A program made the translations under genes and the position numbers. 64,000 nucleotides of DNA. Source: Planctomycetota bacterium. Its GTDB lineage: Bacteria > Planctomycetota > UBA1135 > UBA2386. Positions 36,861 through 47,922 of the stretch are shown here, one piece after another. The notes below the pieces were generated by a model. It saw only the letters and a list, made by a program, of their open reading frames with translations. It was not told the origin of the DNA and made no database searches. Positions within the stretch are counted from its first letter, which is position 1; every line of letters starts with the position of its first letter. The stretch is taken from assembly GCA_044230075.1 (NCBI GenBank), contig JBGARS010000009.1, positions 21,458-85,457 on the forward strand, given 5' to 3'.

Positions 36861-38701
36861 TCGCGGCGGCGCACGACGTCCCACCAGTGCTGCTCGTGCG
36901 CTCGGATCGCCGCCTCGCTCAGCGGCACCGGGCGTGGCCGCACCTTCGCCACTCCACCGGTCCACTCGACGTTCGGCTGCAGCGCGTCGACGTAGCCGTC
37001 CGGCGGCCGACGATCGTGCGCCATCTTGCGCACGACGAGCAACGAGTCGGCCAGGCCCACGAAGTCCTGACGGTCCAGCCGCCCGCCGGGCCGCGACGGC
37101 GCGCCGGCGGTCAACGCGCGCGCCATGTCGTCGCCCTGGGCATTGCCGCTGGCCAGATGCAGGAACGCGCTGCGCAGCTCGGCTGGATCGAGGTCCCCGC
37201 TGTGGTCGAGGTCCAGCGCGTCGAAGTTCGCCGCGAGCCAGTTGCGCATCGGCGCCGGATCCACCGGCGGTGCTTGGGTGCGCGCCACGACCCAGTCGTT
37301 GAGGCCGAGCTGGTCGATCACTCCGGTGTCGCGCAGGATCCAGCCGAGGTAGCCGACGCTCGACAGCGCGATCACCGGGAACGGCTCCTGCGGCGTCGCC
37401 AGCGTGCAGCGCGTGCCGGCACCGGCCGCCATCGTTTCGAGGATGCGCGCGTGCTCGCGGCACCGGATGCAGATCAGGCGCACGCGCAGCCAGACCTGCT
37501 GCCGGTCGTACCAGCGGAACAGGCCGGCACACGGAGCCGGCACGACGTCGGCCACGGCGCGGAACCCATGCGGCGCCATGTCGCGCATCGCCCACGCCTG
37601 CAGCCAGCCGACGCCGCCCGCGAGCCACAGCAGCAGCACGAGGCCCGCCGCACTGCCCGCACGCAGACCGATGCGCCCGGCCATCGCGACGGTCGCGAGC
37701 ACACCGAGCGGCACCAGATGACTGAACACGCGGTACTCGAAGTGGTCGCCGCCGACGACCAGCGTGTAGTAGCCGACCTGGGCCGTGATGGCGGCGACCG
37801 CGAAGACCGCCGGCACGTTGCCACCCAGCAGCGCCGCGAACGCGCGCGGCCCGCGTCGCAGTTCCACCACCAACCACCCGACGGCCAGCGCGCCCGTGAC
37901 CCAGGTGCCGTGTTCGAACACGAAGCAGGCGAGGTAGCGCAGCCCGGCCTCGGGCCAGGCCGTCGCGACCTTCGCGTAGTAGGTGTTCGGCAGCAGCTCG
38001 CCGTAGAACCAGAGCCGCCAGCCGAGGTGCAGCGCGACGGCAGCGAGCGGCAAGAGTCCCCACAGCAGCCGTGCTGCCCGCGCGCGCCACGCCTCGACCA
38101 GCGCCGGCACGACCGTCAGCACGACGAGCAGCAGGCCATCCGGCCGCGTCAGCGCCGCCGCGGCCGCCGCACCGCACCACAGAGCGAGCCAGCCGGAACC
38201 GCGCCGTTGCCGCTGCCGGAACGCGAGCAGCACCCACGCCAGCACGGCCAGGTGGAACAGCGCCGTCTCGAGGCCGCTGGTCAGCCACTGCAGGAACGAC
38301 CGGTTGCCGACGACCGCACCGAGCGCGAGCAGCACGACCGCATCGGGCCAACGCGAGCCGTCCAAGCGCCGCAGCCGGAACAGCGCCGACGCCAGCAACA
38401 CGAACTGACCGACGCCACAAGCGATCGACAGCCAGTTCGCGGCCGCCGGCGGCTCGATGCCGAGCCAGCTCCAGGTCGCCCACAGCAGCATCGCCCACGA
38501 GAAGCAGGTGTAGCCCTCGACCGGCCGGAACGGGGACGGGTTCCAGACCAGCCCATGGCCGTCGTGCGCGTTCGCAACGTAGCGGAACGTGATGAAGGCG
38601 TCGTCGCACAGGAACGCCATGCCGCAGGCCCCGAACAGCAGCAGGGCCAGCAGCGCCACCAGCGCAACGGCGCGAAGGGCACTGCGGGAGGAGCCGGTCA
38701 T
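36857..38701 (-). CDS. AftB-like GT-C glycosyltransferase (paralog 5) with EF-hand insert
   Basis: DDAFITFRY..PVEGYT, TSGLET, TRPDG, PNTYYAK, GGDHFEYR, DQLGLND; DLDHSGDLDPAE loop. Confidence 0.72.
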   Translation of the reverse strand: MTGSSRSALRAVALVALLALLLFGACGMAFLCDDAFITFRYVANAHDGHGLVWNPSPFRPVEGYTCFSWAMLLWATWSWLGIEPPAAANWLSIACGVGQFVLLASALFRLRRLDGSRWPDAVVLLALGAVVGNRSFLQWLTSGLETALFHLAVLAWVLLAFRQRQRRGSGWLALWCGAAAAAALTRPDGLLLVVLTVVPALVEAWRARAARLLWGLLPLAAVALHLGWRLWFYGELLPNTYYAKVATAWPEAGLRYLACFVFEHGTWVTGALAVGWLVVELRRGPRAFAALLGGNVPAVFAVAAITAQVGYYTLVVGGDHFEYRVFSHLVPLGVLATVAMAGRIGLRAGSAAGLVLLLWLAGGVGWLQAWAMRDMAPHGFRAVADVVPAPCAGLFRWYDRQQVWLRVRLICIRCREHARILETMAAGAGTRCTLATPQEPFPVIALSSVGYLGWILRDTGVIDQLGLNDWVVARTQAPPVDPAPMRNWLAANFDALDLDHSGDLDPAELRSAFLHLASGNAQGDDMARALTAGAPSRPGGRLDRQDFVGLADSLLVVRKMAHDRRPPDGYVDALQPNVEWTGGVAKVRPRPVPLSEAAIRAHEQHWWDVVRRRD

Positions 38702-38739
38702 GGACTCGGCCCCGCGTCACGCGCGGGGCAGGTCACCTA

Positions 38740-39852
38740 TCAACCGCGCGCCTGGCCCTTCGGCGGCACGCTGCAGGCGGCGTCCTTCTTCTTGCCGCGC
38801 GCGTCGGCGAGGATGCGCTCGGCGAGGCGGTCGGCGGCGTCGCTCGGCGGAATGCGTTCCTCCTTGGCGATCGTCCACAGCTCCTTCAGCGCCTGCGGAA
38901 TGCGCTCGATCTTGCCGAGCGCGACCTTCTCGTCGTAGCCGCCCGGATGGAACTCGACGCCGACGTTGATGATGCCGCCGGCGTTGATCACGTAGTCGGG
39001 CGCGTAGAGCACCTTGCGGTCCGCGAGCACCTTGCCGTGGCGCGGCTCGAGCAGCAGGTTGTTGGCAGCGCCGGCGACGATCGGCGTGTTCAACTTCGGG
39101 ATCGACTCGTCGGTGAGGATCGCACCGAGCGCGCAGGGTGCGAACACATCGCACTTCATGCTCAGGATCTCCGCCTCGGCGACCGGCACCACGCCGATCT
39201 CCTTCGCCAGCTGCTGCAGCCGTTCCGTGTTGCGATCGGCGCCGTAGACCTTGGCGCCGGCCTCGACCAGGCGCTTCGCGAGCGCCGAACCGACTGCCCC
39301 CGTGCCCTGGATCGCGACCGTGCGGCCCTTGCAGGTGTCGTTGCCGAACACCCAGCCGAGCGCCGCGCGCACGCCGAGGTAGACGCCGTAGGCGGTGTAG
39401 GGCGAAGGGTTGCCGCTGCCGCCGTCCTTGCGCTCGAGGCCGGTCACGTGCCTGGTCACGCGGCGGATGATCTCGAGGTCGCCGACCGACGTGTTCACGT
39501 CCTCGGCGGTGATGTACTTGCCGCCGAGCGACTCGACGAGCCGCCCCATCGACAGGTAGAGCGCCTCGGACTTCACCTTCTTCGGGTCGCCGAGGATCAC
39601 GGCCTTGCCGCCGCCGAGCCCGGTCTGCGCCACGGCCGACTTGTAGGTCATGCCGCGCGACAGGCGCTTGACGTCGAACAGCGCCTCCTCCTCGGAGGCG
39701 TAGGGCCACATGCGCAGGCCGCCCAGCGCCGGGCCGAGGGTGGTGTCGTGCACGGCGATGATCGCGTGCAGGCCGCTCGAAGGATCGACGCCGCGCACGA
39801 CGCGCTCGTACCCGGCGACGGGGATGTCGGTGATCTTTAGGGTGCTGCTCAC
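38740..39852 (-). CDS. Leu/Phe/Val dehydrogenase
   Basis: IAVHDTTLGPALGG.R, GMTYK, GGGKAVI, YITAEDV, GSGNPSPYTAYGV, GAANN, PDYVINAGG. Confidence 0.93.
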   Translation of the reverse strand: MSSTLKITDIPVAGYERVVRGVDPSSGLHAIIAVHDTTLGPALGGLRMWPYASEEEALFDVKRLSRGMTYKSAVAQTGLGGGKAVILGDPKKVKSEALYLSMGRLVESLGGKYITAEDVNTSVGDLEIIRRVTRHVTGLERKDGGSGNPSPYTAYGVYLGVRAALGWVFGNDTCKGRTVAIQGTGAVGSALAKRLVEAGAKVYGADRNTERLQQLAKEIGVVPVAEAEILSMKCDVFAPCALGAILTDESIPKLNTPIVAGAANNLLLEPRHGKVLADRKVLYAPDYVINAGGIINVGVEFHPGGYDEKVALGKIERIPQALKELWTIAKEERIPPSDAADRLAERILADARGKKKDAACSVPPKGQARG

Positions 39853-40016
39853 GGAGTCTCGGATTTGCCGCGCAAAAGAAGGGGCGAGCAGGATAGCGCC
39901 TGACCGGCGGAGCGCCACCAAAGCCTCCGGGCGCCGCCCCGCCTTGACGGGTCGGCCGGAGGAACGGAGCATGCCGCGGTCGCCAAGGGGAAAGGTCCTC
40001 GGCACGGGAGCAAGCC

Positions 40017-41609
40017 ATGGTTCGCCTGCTGGTCCTGATCGTGTTGGAATTCGCCGCCGTCGTGCTGCTGTCGCTGCGGCTGGCCGCGCCGATCGCCGAG
40101 GCGGCGCCGGCAGCATCGACGCAACCGGCTGTCGACGCGGCACTCCCATCACCCACGGCGGAACGCATCGACACCGTCGCGGCGCCGCCGGCAGCGGCGG
40201 CCCCGGCGCCGATCACGCCACAGCGGGACGAGGTGGCGGCACCATGGCAGGCCGACGACCCGGTCGGCGTGCTGCTGACCGGCAGCGTGTGCTGGACCGA
40301 CGGCACGCCGGTCGCCGAGCCGAACGTGTACCTGCATCGCGATCGCCAGTACGTCGCCGTCGACGCGAGCGCGGGCACGTTCGCGGCCTGCGGCCTCGCG
40401 CCCGGCAGCTGGGAGGTCAGCGTGCGCGCCGACAACGCCGTCGACATCGCGACCACGCTCGACCTCACCGGCGCGGCGCTGCAGACGCACGACTTCGTGC
40501 TCGAGCGCTCGTTCCCGGTCAAGGTTCGCATCGTCACCAAGGACGGCGAGGACGGCACCATGGCGCTGCGCAAGGCCAGGCTCTGGGGCGCGGACCTGCA
40601 CGTCGTCGGCCGCCGCGAACGTTTCCCCGACCGCATGGCACCGACCGACTACGGCGTGCTGATGGTCGGTGACGCGAAGTGGGACGGCGAGATGAACCCC
40701 AAGGACGGCTTCGCCGGCACGCTGCAGTTCGCCGCGGCGCCGCCGAACCACGTGGCGCTGCTGCTGCGCCACCTCGTCGTCGACCAACAAGTCGTGGCGC
40801 CGGGGCAGGGCGAGGTGACGTTCACGATCGACCCCGAGGCGGTGCGGGCGCTCACCGGCGCCGTGACCGTGCGCGTGCTCGACGCCGACAGCGGTGCGCC
40901 GCTGCAGGCCAGTGTCGGTCTCAACTCCAGCAACCGCGGCGGCCCCGGCCAGAAGACCGACGACGACGGCCGCGCAACGGTCGAGAACCTGCCGCCGGGC
41001 CTGCTGCGGCTCGAGGTGCGCGCAGGCGAGCACGAGAACCTGCTGCAAATGGTCGCGATCGCGCCGGGCCAGCGCCTCGATCTCGGCGACCTGCGCCTCG
41101 GGCCGGTGGTGTCGCTGACCGGACGCGTGCTCGATGCCGACGGCAAGCCGTGTGCAACCGCGTCGCTGCAGTGGACCGAACTGAAGTGGCGCACCGCGCC
41201 AACGGAGTTCATCAACTACCGCACCGCCCGCAGCGAGGCGGACGGCACGTTCCAGCTGTGGGGCACCGGCCTCGGTCGCATCGCCGTGCGCGCTCGCGGT
41301 GCCGACGGGTCGCTGGCCACCGGCGTGTTCGACAACCCGCCCACGACGCCGATCGACCTGCACCTAGCACCGCCGGCAACGCTGAAGGTGCGGCGGCCCG
41401 ATGACCTGACCAAGGCCTACACGGTGACGCTGCTCGATGTGCAGCGGCAGCCGGTCGCCGCGCAAACGCTCGAGCCGCGCGTGCACGAGGACTCGATCCT
41501 GATGCCGCCCGGCACCTATGGCTACGAGGTGCACGACGAGGCCAATCGCCTGCTGCAGAGCGGCTCGGTCACGCTCGGCGGACAACCAGCAAACCTGGAG
41601 ATCCGATGA
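40017..41609 (+). CDS. Membrane-anchored carboxypeptidase-regulatory-like domain protein
   Basis: N-terminal TM, Pro/Ala linker, GLAPGSWEV, TDDDGR, LPPG.Y motifs; paralog of the next gene. Confidence 0.7.
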   Translation: MVRLLVLIVLEFAAVVLLSLRLAAPIAEAAPAASTQPAVDAALPSPTAERIDTVAAPPAAAAPAPITPQRDEVAAPWQADDPVGVLLTGSVCWTDGTPVAEPNVYLHRDRQYVAVDASAGTFAACGLAPGSWEVSVRADNAVDIATTLDLTGAALQTHDFVLERSFPVKVRIVTKDGEDGTMALRKARLWGADLHVVGRRERFPDRMAPTDYGVLMVGDAKWDGEMNPKDGFAGTLQFAAAPPNHVALLLRHLVVDQQVVAPGQGEVTFTIDPEAVRALTGAVTVRVLDADSGAPLQASVGLNSSNRGGPGQKTDDDGRATVENLPPGLLRLEVRAGEHENLLQMVAIAPGQRLDLGDLRLGPVVSLTGRVLDADGKPCATASLQWTELKWRTAPTEFINYRTARSEADGTFQLWGTGLGRIAVRARGADGSLATGVFDNPPTTPIDLHLAPPATLKVRRPDDLTKAYTVTLLDVQRQPVAAQTLEPRVHEDSILMPPGTYGYEVHDEANRLLQSGSVTLGGQPANLEIR

Positions 41610-43198
41610 AAGCGCCCTCACCCTGGTTGCGGCCGCTGCAGCTGGTCGCCGTCGCGCTCGCGGTCGCCATCGCGGTGCTGGCCATGCTGCTGCTGCAGCG
41701 CGATCCGGCGCCGCCGGCTGCCCCCACCGCGCCGAGCACGAACGCGACGTCGGTGGCCGTCGCACCAGCGAGCGCGCACGAGGCAGCGAGCGAACGGGAC
41801 CCGACGACGCCGGCGACGGACGCGCCAGCGACGCGCACGACGACAGGCGGTCCGCCGACGGCGATGCTCTACGGCACACTGCGCGCCGCCGACGGTGCGC
41901 CGATCGACCGCGCCATGCTGTGGCTCCGCAACGGTGCCAGCGGCAGCAACAGCTCGGGTAGGTTCGAGGCCGGAGCGTTCGTGTTCGCCGGCCTGCAACC
42001 GGGCAGCTACGAATTGACCACGCGCGTCCAGGACCAGCTGCCGCTGCAGCGCACCATCGAAGTGGTGGCACCGCGCACGCGCCTGGACCTGCAGCTCGAC
42101 GCGCGCTGGCTGCTGACCGTCAACGCCGTCACGGTGGACGGCGAGCCGTTGCAGGCCGCCGCGAAGCTGGGCCCGATGTTCCGCGGCCTGACCGCGAACG
42201 CGTTCGCCGAACCGCTCGCCGGCGACCTGCCGCCGTCGGCGATGAGTTCGGTCGCGGTCGGCATCGGCACGTTCCGCGGCAACGACTTCATGCAGCGCGG
42301 CGCCGCGCTGCCGAAGCAGGCGATCGGCGTGCTGACCCTGCCAGCCGGTGAACCCGTGCACGTGGCGCTGCTGCTGCGCAACACCGTGGTCGCGCAACAG
42401 CTGGTGCCGGCCGGCCAGGACGAGGTGACGTTCACGCTGCCGGTCGACGCCGTGACCGGCAAGCTCGCCAGCGTGCGGCTGCGCTGCATCGACGGTGCTG
42501 GCCAAGCACTTGCCGGCGTGCACATCGGCTTGAGCGATCGGCAGTCGGGCAGCGGTGGCCAGGCGACCGACGACGATGGCCGCATCACGTTGTCGCGCCT
42601 CGTGCCGGGTCGGCTCCGCCTCAGTGTTCGGCACCAGGACCTCTGCGCCCCCGGCGTGACGATCGACGTGCTGCCCGGTGCCGACCTCGACCTCGGCGAC
42701 ATCGCGCTGCAGCCGGCGATCGACGTGCCGGTGTCGCTCGAGGGTCTCGGCAAGCAGGCGCGGTTGAACTGGTCGATGCTCGATGCGCTGCCGCGCGCCG
42801 ACTGGCAACACGGCGACGGTTGGTACTCGGGCGAGAACGGTGTGACGACGAGTCTGTCGCTGTTCCCCGGCCGCTACGCGTTCCTGGTCCGCAACGACGA
42901 CGGTGCCGCGATCACCGAGGTCGACCTGCACACGGCGCCGACCGAACCGCTGCGCTTCCGCATCGCACCCGCGGGCGAACTCCGGCTCACGAACCGCGTC
43001 GGCAGCGGCTTCGCGCGGCTCTGCATCGCCACGGCCAGCGGCGCGCGCATCTACGAACGCGAACTGACCGGCACCTGGACGACCACGCAGCGCCTGCCGC
43101 CCGGCAGCTACCAGGTCGAGATCACCGACCAGGCCAACCACACGACGCGGCGCACGCTGCAGCTCGGTGCCGAGGGCGCCGAGCTGACGGTGCCGTAG
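41606..43198 (+). CDS. Membrane-anchored carboxypeptidase-regulatory-like domain protein (tandem paralog)
   Basis: Shares HVALLLR..VV.QQ.V..GQ.EVTFT and TDDDGR..LDLGD with the previous gene; ATGA overlap. Confidence 0.7.
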   Translation: MKAPSPWLRPLQLVAVALAVAIAVLAMLLLQRDPAPPAAPTAPSTNATSVAVAPASAHEAASERDPTTPATDAPATRTTTGGPPTAMLYGTLRAADGAPIDRAMLWLRNGASGSNSSGRFEAGAFVFAGLQPGSYELTTRVQDQLPLQRTIEVVAPRTRLDLQLDARWLLTVNAVTVDGEPLQAAAKLGPMFRGLTANAFAEPLAGDLPPSAMSSVAVGIGTFRGNDFMQRGAALPKQAIGVLTLPAGEPVHVALLLRNTVVAQQLVPAGQDEVTFTLPVDAVTGKLASVRLRCIDGAGQALAGVHIGLSDRQSGSGGQATDDDGRITLSRLVPGRLRLSVRHQDLCAPGVTIDVLPGADLDLGDIALQPAIDVPVSLEGLGKQARLNWSMLDALPRADWQHGDGWYSGENGVTTSLSLFPGRYAFLVRNDDGAAITEVDLHTAPTEPLRFRIAPAGELRLTNRVGSGFARLCIATASGARIYERELTGTWTTTQRLPPGSYQVEITDQANHTTRRTLQLGAEGAELTVP

Positions 43199-43206
43199 CG
43201 CCAGAC

Positions 43207-44472
43207 TCAGTGCGACGTGCGCGAGCCCACCAGCACCTGCAGGTCGACCATCGCCTCGCCGCGGCGCACGCGCACGGTGATCGTCTTGCCGATGATCTGC
43301 TCGTCGAGCGCATCGGTGTAGCTCTGCACGTCGACCACGTCGATGCCGCCGACGTTGACGATGAAGTCGCCGACCTCGATGCCGGCCTGCTCGGCCGCGC
43401 CGCCTTCTCGCAGCGTCGACACCAGCACACCCTTGCCACTCGCGTCGGCGTAGTCGGGCATCAGACCGAGCGCCGGCCGCATGCCCTCGGGGTTGCGCGG
43501 CAACGCCGGCACCTCGGCCACCGGCGGCTCGACCTTCACGGCGGCGACCGGCTTCGGCGTGGTCTTCGTCCGCGTCTTCGGCTGCTCGTCCGCCTCGTCG
43601 CTACCGTGCTCCGGCTCGCCCTCGGCGACGACCACGTAGTCGCCGATCGTGCGCGGCACCGAGTAGATGCCGTCGTCCACGTCCTCGACCACCTCGGCCG
43701 ACAGCACCCGAACGTCGAGTTCGGGCATGCGGCTCTTGATGCGGGCGACGGTGCCGCGGCCGAAGTCGCTGTGGCCGTGGCCGCAGATCACCACGCACAG
43801 CGGCTGGTCGCCGGCGGCGCGCCGCGCCCGCAGGTGGTCGACCACCGTCTCGGCCATCGTGTCGTCGCGCAGGCACTGCGCCTGGTAGAAGAACTGCATC
43901 GAGCCGCCGTGTGCGGTCGCGTGCGCGCCGCCGTCGTCGTGCATGCTCTCGACGAACGCGTCCCAGTACTCGTCCTCGGGCGCCGTCGTCTCGCGGGCGA
44001 TGTCCTTCTCGCCCTTGACGCTGTCGATGCCCTGCATCGCGACACGGTGCACGAGCTCCTGCGGCGCGTTCGCCGCCAGCACCAGGATGCCGTGCTGCTT
44101 CGCGAACTCGATCACCGGCCGGTAGTCGGTGCCATAGCGCGGCCACACCCGCGCCTGCTGCCGGAACGTCGCCTCGTCGATCATGCCGGCCAGGTACTGC
44201 AGCAGCACGGTCTTCACGTCGCGGTCGAACATCTCCATCGCGATGACCAGGTTGCCGCGGCGCTCGTACAGCGCGCGCAGCAGATCCAGGTGCATCTCGT
44301 GCACCGCCGGCGTCTCGTGCCGCTCGCCGAGCACGACCACGTCGGCCGTGCTGAGCGACGTGGCGGCGCTGGTGACCGTGGTGAGGGTGTCGTCCGCGGT
44401 GACGATGAGGCGCGCCGGCGTGGCACAGGCGACCGACAGGAACAGCAGCGGCAGGGAGAACAGGAGGCGCAT
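43207..44472 (-). CDS. ChaN-family lipoprotein with C-terminal PDZ domain
   Basis: Lipobox LSVAC; DVVVLGERH, AMEMF, DYRPVIEFAK, AQCLRDDTMA, GHGH; PDZ LGLMPDY..AAEQAGIEVGD. Confidence 0.85.
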   Translation of the reverse strand: MRLLFSLPLLFLSVACATPARLIVTADDTLTTVTSAATSLSTADVVVLGERHETPAVHEMHLDLLRALYERRGNLVIAMEMFDRDVKTVLLQYLAGMIDEATFRQQARVWPRYGTDYRPVIEFAKQHGILVLAANAPQELVHRVAMQGIDSVKGEKDIARETTAPEDEYWDAFVESMHDDGGAHATAHGGSMQFFYQAQCLRDDTMAETVVDHLRARRAAGDQPLCVVICGHGHSDFGRGTVARIKSRMPELDVRVLSAEVVEDVDDGIYSVPRTIGDYVVVAEGEPEHGSDEADEQPKTRTKTTPKPVAAVKVEPPVAEVPALPRNPEGMRPALGLMPDYADASGKGVLVSTLREGGAAEQAGIEVGDFIVNVGGIDVVDVQSYTDALDEQIIGKTITVRVRRGEAMVDLQVLVGSRTSH

Positions 44473-44617
44473 CGCGCCATCAGAAACCCCGCGCGCGTGC
44501 GCGGCAAGCACCAGGCGTGCCGACACAGATGCACGATGCCATGCGACTTTCGACATCGCTGCCTTCCGCTGCCGCCCGCCCGCGCTTGAATGCGACCCGC
44601 GCCCGCCCGCGAACGGC

Positions 44618-45399
44618 ATGAAGATCACCACCTGGAACGTCAACGGTCTGCGCGCGCGGCTCACCCATGTGGTCGACTTCCTGCGCGAACACGAGCCCGA
44701 CGTGTTGTGCCTGCAGGAGACCAAGGTGCAGGACGACCTGTTCCCGCGCGAACCGCTCGAGGACGAAGGCTACGACGTCGAGTTCTTCGGCCAGAAGGGC
44801 TACAACGGCACCGCGATCCTGTCGCGGCACCGGCTCGACGACGTCGTGCGCGGTCTGCCCGACGACGACGCCGACGCCGAACGCCGGGTGCTCGCCGCCA
44901 CGACCGGCGGCGTGCGCGTGCTGAACCTCTACGTGCCGAACGGCCAGGAAGTCGGCACCGACAAGTACCGCCAGAAGCTCGACTGGTTCCGGCGGCTGCG
45001 CGCCTTCCTCGACGCCAGCTACGCGGCCGACGAGCCGATCGTCGTCGTCGGCGACTTCAACGTCACGCTCGACGATCGCGACGTGCACGACCCCGATTGG
45101 TGGCGCGACAAGATCCTGTGCTCGCAACCCGAACGGCAGGCGCTGCGCAACGTGCTGGCGTTCGGCCTCGACGACGCCTTCCGCGCCCACCACGCAGAGG
45201 GCGGCGTCTACACCTGGTGGCACTACACGGCCGGCGCGGCCTTCAAGGACGACGGGCTGCGCATCGACTACGTGCTGACCTCGGCGCCCGTGACGCGGCG
45301 CTGCCGCGACGTGATCGTGCACAAGGACCTGCGGCTGGCGAAGACGCCGAGCGACCACGTGCCGGTGACCGCGCTGCTGACCGACGCCGGTGCCAGCCG

Positions 45400-45403
<4 letters not shown>
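44618..45403 (+). CDS. xth: Exodeoxyribonuclease III
   Basis: MKITTWNVNG, LCLQETK, GQKGYNG, LYVPNG, GDFNV, GLRIDY, SDHVPV. Confidence 0.95.
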
Positions 45404-46138
<735 letters not shown>

Positions 46139-46158
<20 letters not shown>

Positions 46159-47782
46159 CCTGCGCGCGCTCGCGAACCTGCCGGGGTCGGCCGCCGGCAG
46201 ACGTGTCGCCATCGGCACCGTGCTCGGTCTGTCGCTGCTGGCGCTGATGTGGTGGTCGGTCGCACAGGCGATGATCCACAATCCGCTGCTGCTGCCGACG
46301 CTGCACCAGGCGACCGGCGGCGACTCGCTGCGCGGCCTGCTCGGCATGGGCCTGATGCCGTGCGCGATCGCCGCATCGTGGCTCGGCCTGTCGCTGGCGC
46401 AGCGGCAGCTGTTCGAGACGCCGGAGCTGTTGCTGTGGCGCACAGCACCGCTGCCGGGCTGGCGCGCCGCCGTGCAGGTGCTGCTGCGCGCGTGCTTCCT
46501 GACGCTGCTGTGGGCCGCGGCGCTGGCGGTGCCGTTCGTGGTCACGCTGCTGCGGCAGTCGCCGGCGGGCTGGCTCGCGTGGCTGCTGGTGCCGGTCGCG
46601 ATCCTGTGCTGCACGGTGCCGCTGCTGGCGATGCTGCTGGCGGTGCAGATCGTCCTGGTGCGGTTCTTCGCCGGCCGCGTGCTGCGCATCGTGCTCGCGG
46701 TGCTCGCTGCGCTGGCTTCGGTCGGCTTCTCGACCTGGCTGCTGCTCGGCCTGTTCGCGCCCGACCCGGCGCGGTTGCAGGTGGCCACGACGTTGCCCGG
46801 CGCCACCGACCGGCTGCCGTGGACGATCGAGACCGCGGCGACCTTGCTGGCCAGCGCCGCGAACGGCAGGCTCGACCAGGGTGCGCTGCGCGCGGCGCTG
46901 GGCTGGCTCGGACTCGCGGTGTCGCTGTTCTGGTTCGCCGCGAAGCTGCATCCGCGCGCGGTCGAGAAACACCTCGAGGCGCAGGCGCCGCTGCTGCGCC
47001 GGCGCCGTTCGGTCTGGCCCGTCGGCATCGCCGCCAACGTGCGGCGCAAGGAGCTCGCGCAGGTGCTGCAGCAGCCGGGTGCGCTGATCGGCTTCCTGGT
47101 GTTCGCGGTGCTGGTGTTCGCACTCGCGCGCGAACGGGTGCTGGTCGGCTCCGTGCTCGCCGACAGCCGCATCCCGCGCGACCTCGCGCACGCGGCGGCG
47201 ATGGCGGTGCTGTGGTTCCTCGCCGTGCTGCTGGTGCTGTACGCGCACATGGGGCGGCTGTCGCTGTGGGACGGGCCGCAGTGGGCGCTCTACACCGCAT
47301 CACCGGCGGCACCGGGCGCGATCCTGCGCGGCAAGCTGCAGGCGGTGCTGCTGTTCCTGCTGTGGCCGCTGGTGCTGGTCGCGGCGGCCGGCGCGCACCT
47401 GTTCGGCGCCAGCCTGCTGGCGGTGGCGGGCTTCGCCGGTGTGGCGCTCGGCGGCACGTTCGCGGCACTCGGCGTGCTGGCGATCGTCGGCACGCAGCCG
47501 CGGCTGATGCGGCCCGACGACGGCGGCCACATCGTGCAGGGCGGCCGCAGCTTCCTGGCCGCGCTGCTGCTGGTGGCGCTGTTCCAGCTGGCGATGTCGC
47601 CGGCGATGTTCGGCTGGATGCACCTGGTCGACCACCTGCGCGGCCATCGCCTGCGGCCCGAAACCGTGCAGGAATGGGCGCCGTGGGTCATCGGCGCCGC
47701 GTGGCTGCACGGCCTGCTGATCGGCGGCATCGGCATCGCCATCGGCGTGCGCAACTTCCGCAAGCTGACCCGGCCGCAGTAG
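46139..47782 (+). CDS. Putative ABC exporter permease
   Basis: About 12 TM helices in two halves; overlaps the ABC ATPase gene. Confidence 0.75.
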
Positions 47783-47823
47783 TTTCCCCTCGACGCAGAC
47801 GCCGTCCGCGGGGCATGGAACGC

Positions 47824-47922
47824 CCTTGCGACCCCGCCTCTCGCCGCTGAGCGGCGCGCCGACAGGCGCGTCCGCTCCTGCGCAGGCGGGCGAAGCCCGT
47901 TCCCCGCGCGTGGCTAGTAGCC
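47824..47922 (-). repeat. Structured intergenic repeat, copy A
   Basis: About 85/99 nt ungapped identity (hand count) to 50882-50980 in inverted orientation; weaker similarity extends to about 47795. Confidence 0.85.

Noticed and set aside
47824-47922. Repeat as an integron attC site or GTAG-type REP
   Set aside because: No RYYYAAC/GTTRRRY ends, no integrase, copies are inverted, and GTAG is not 5' of the hairpin
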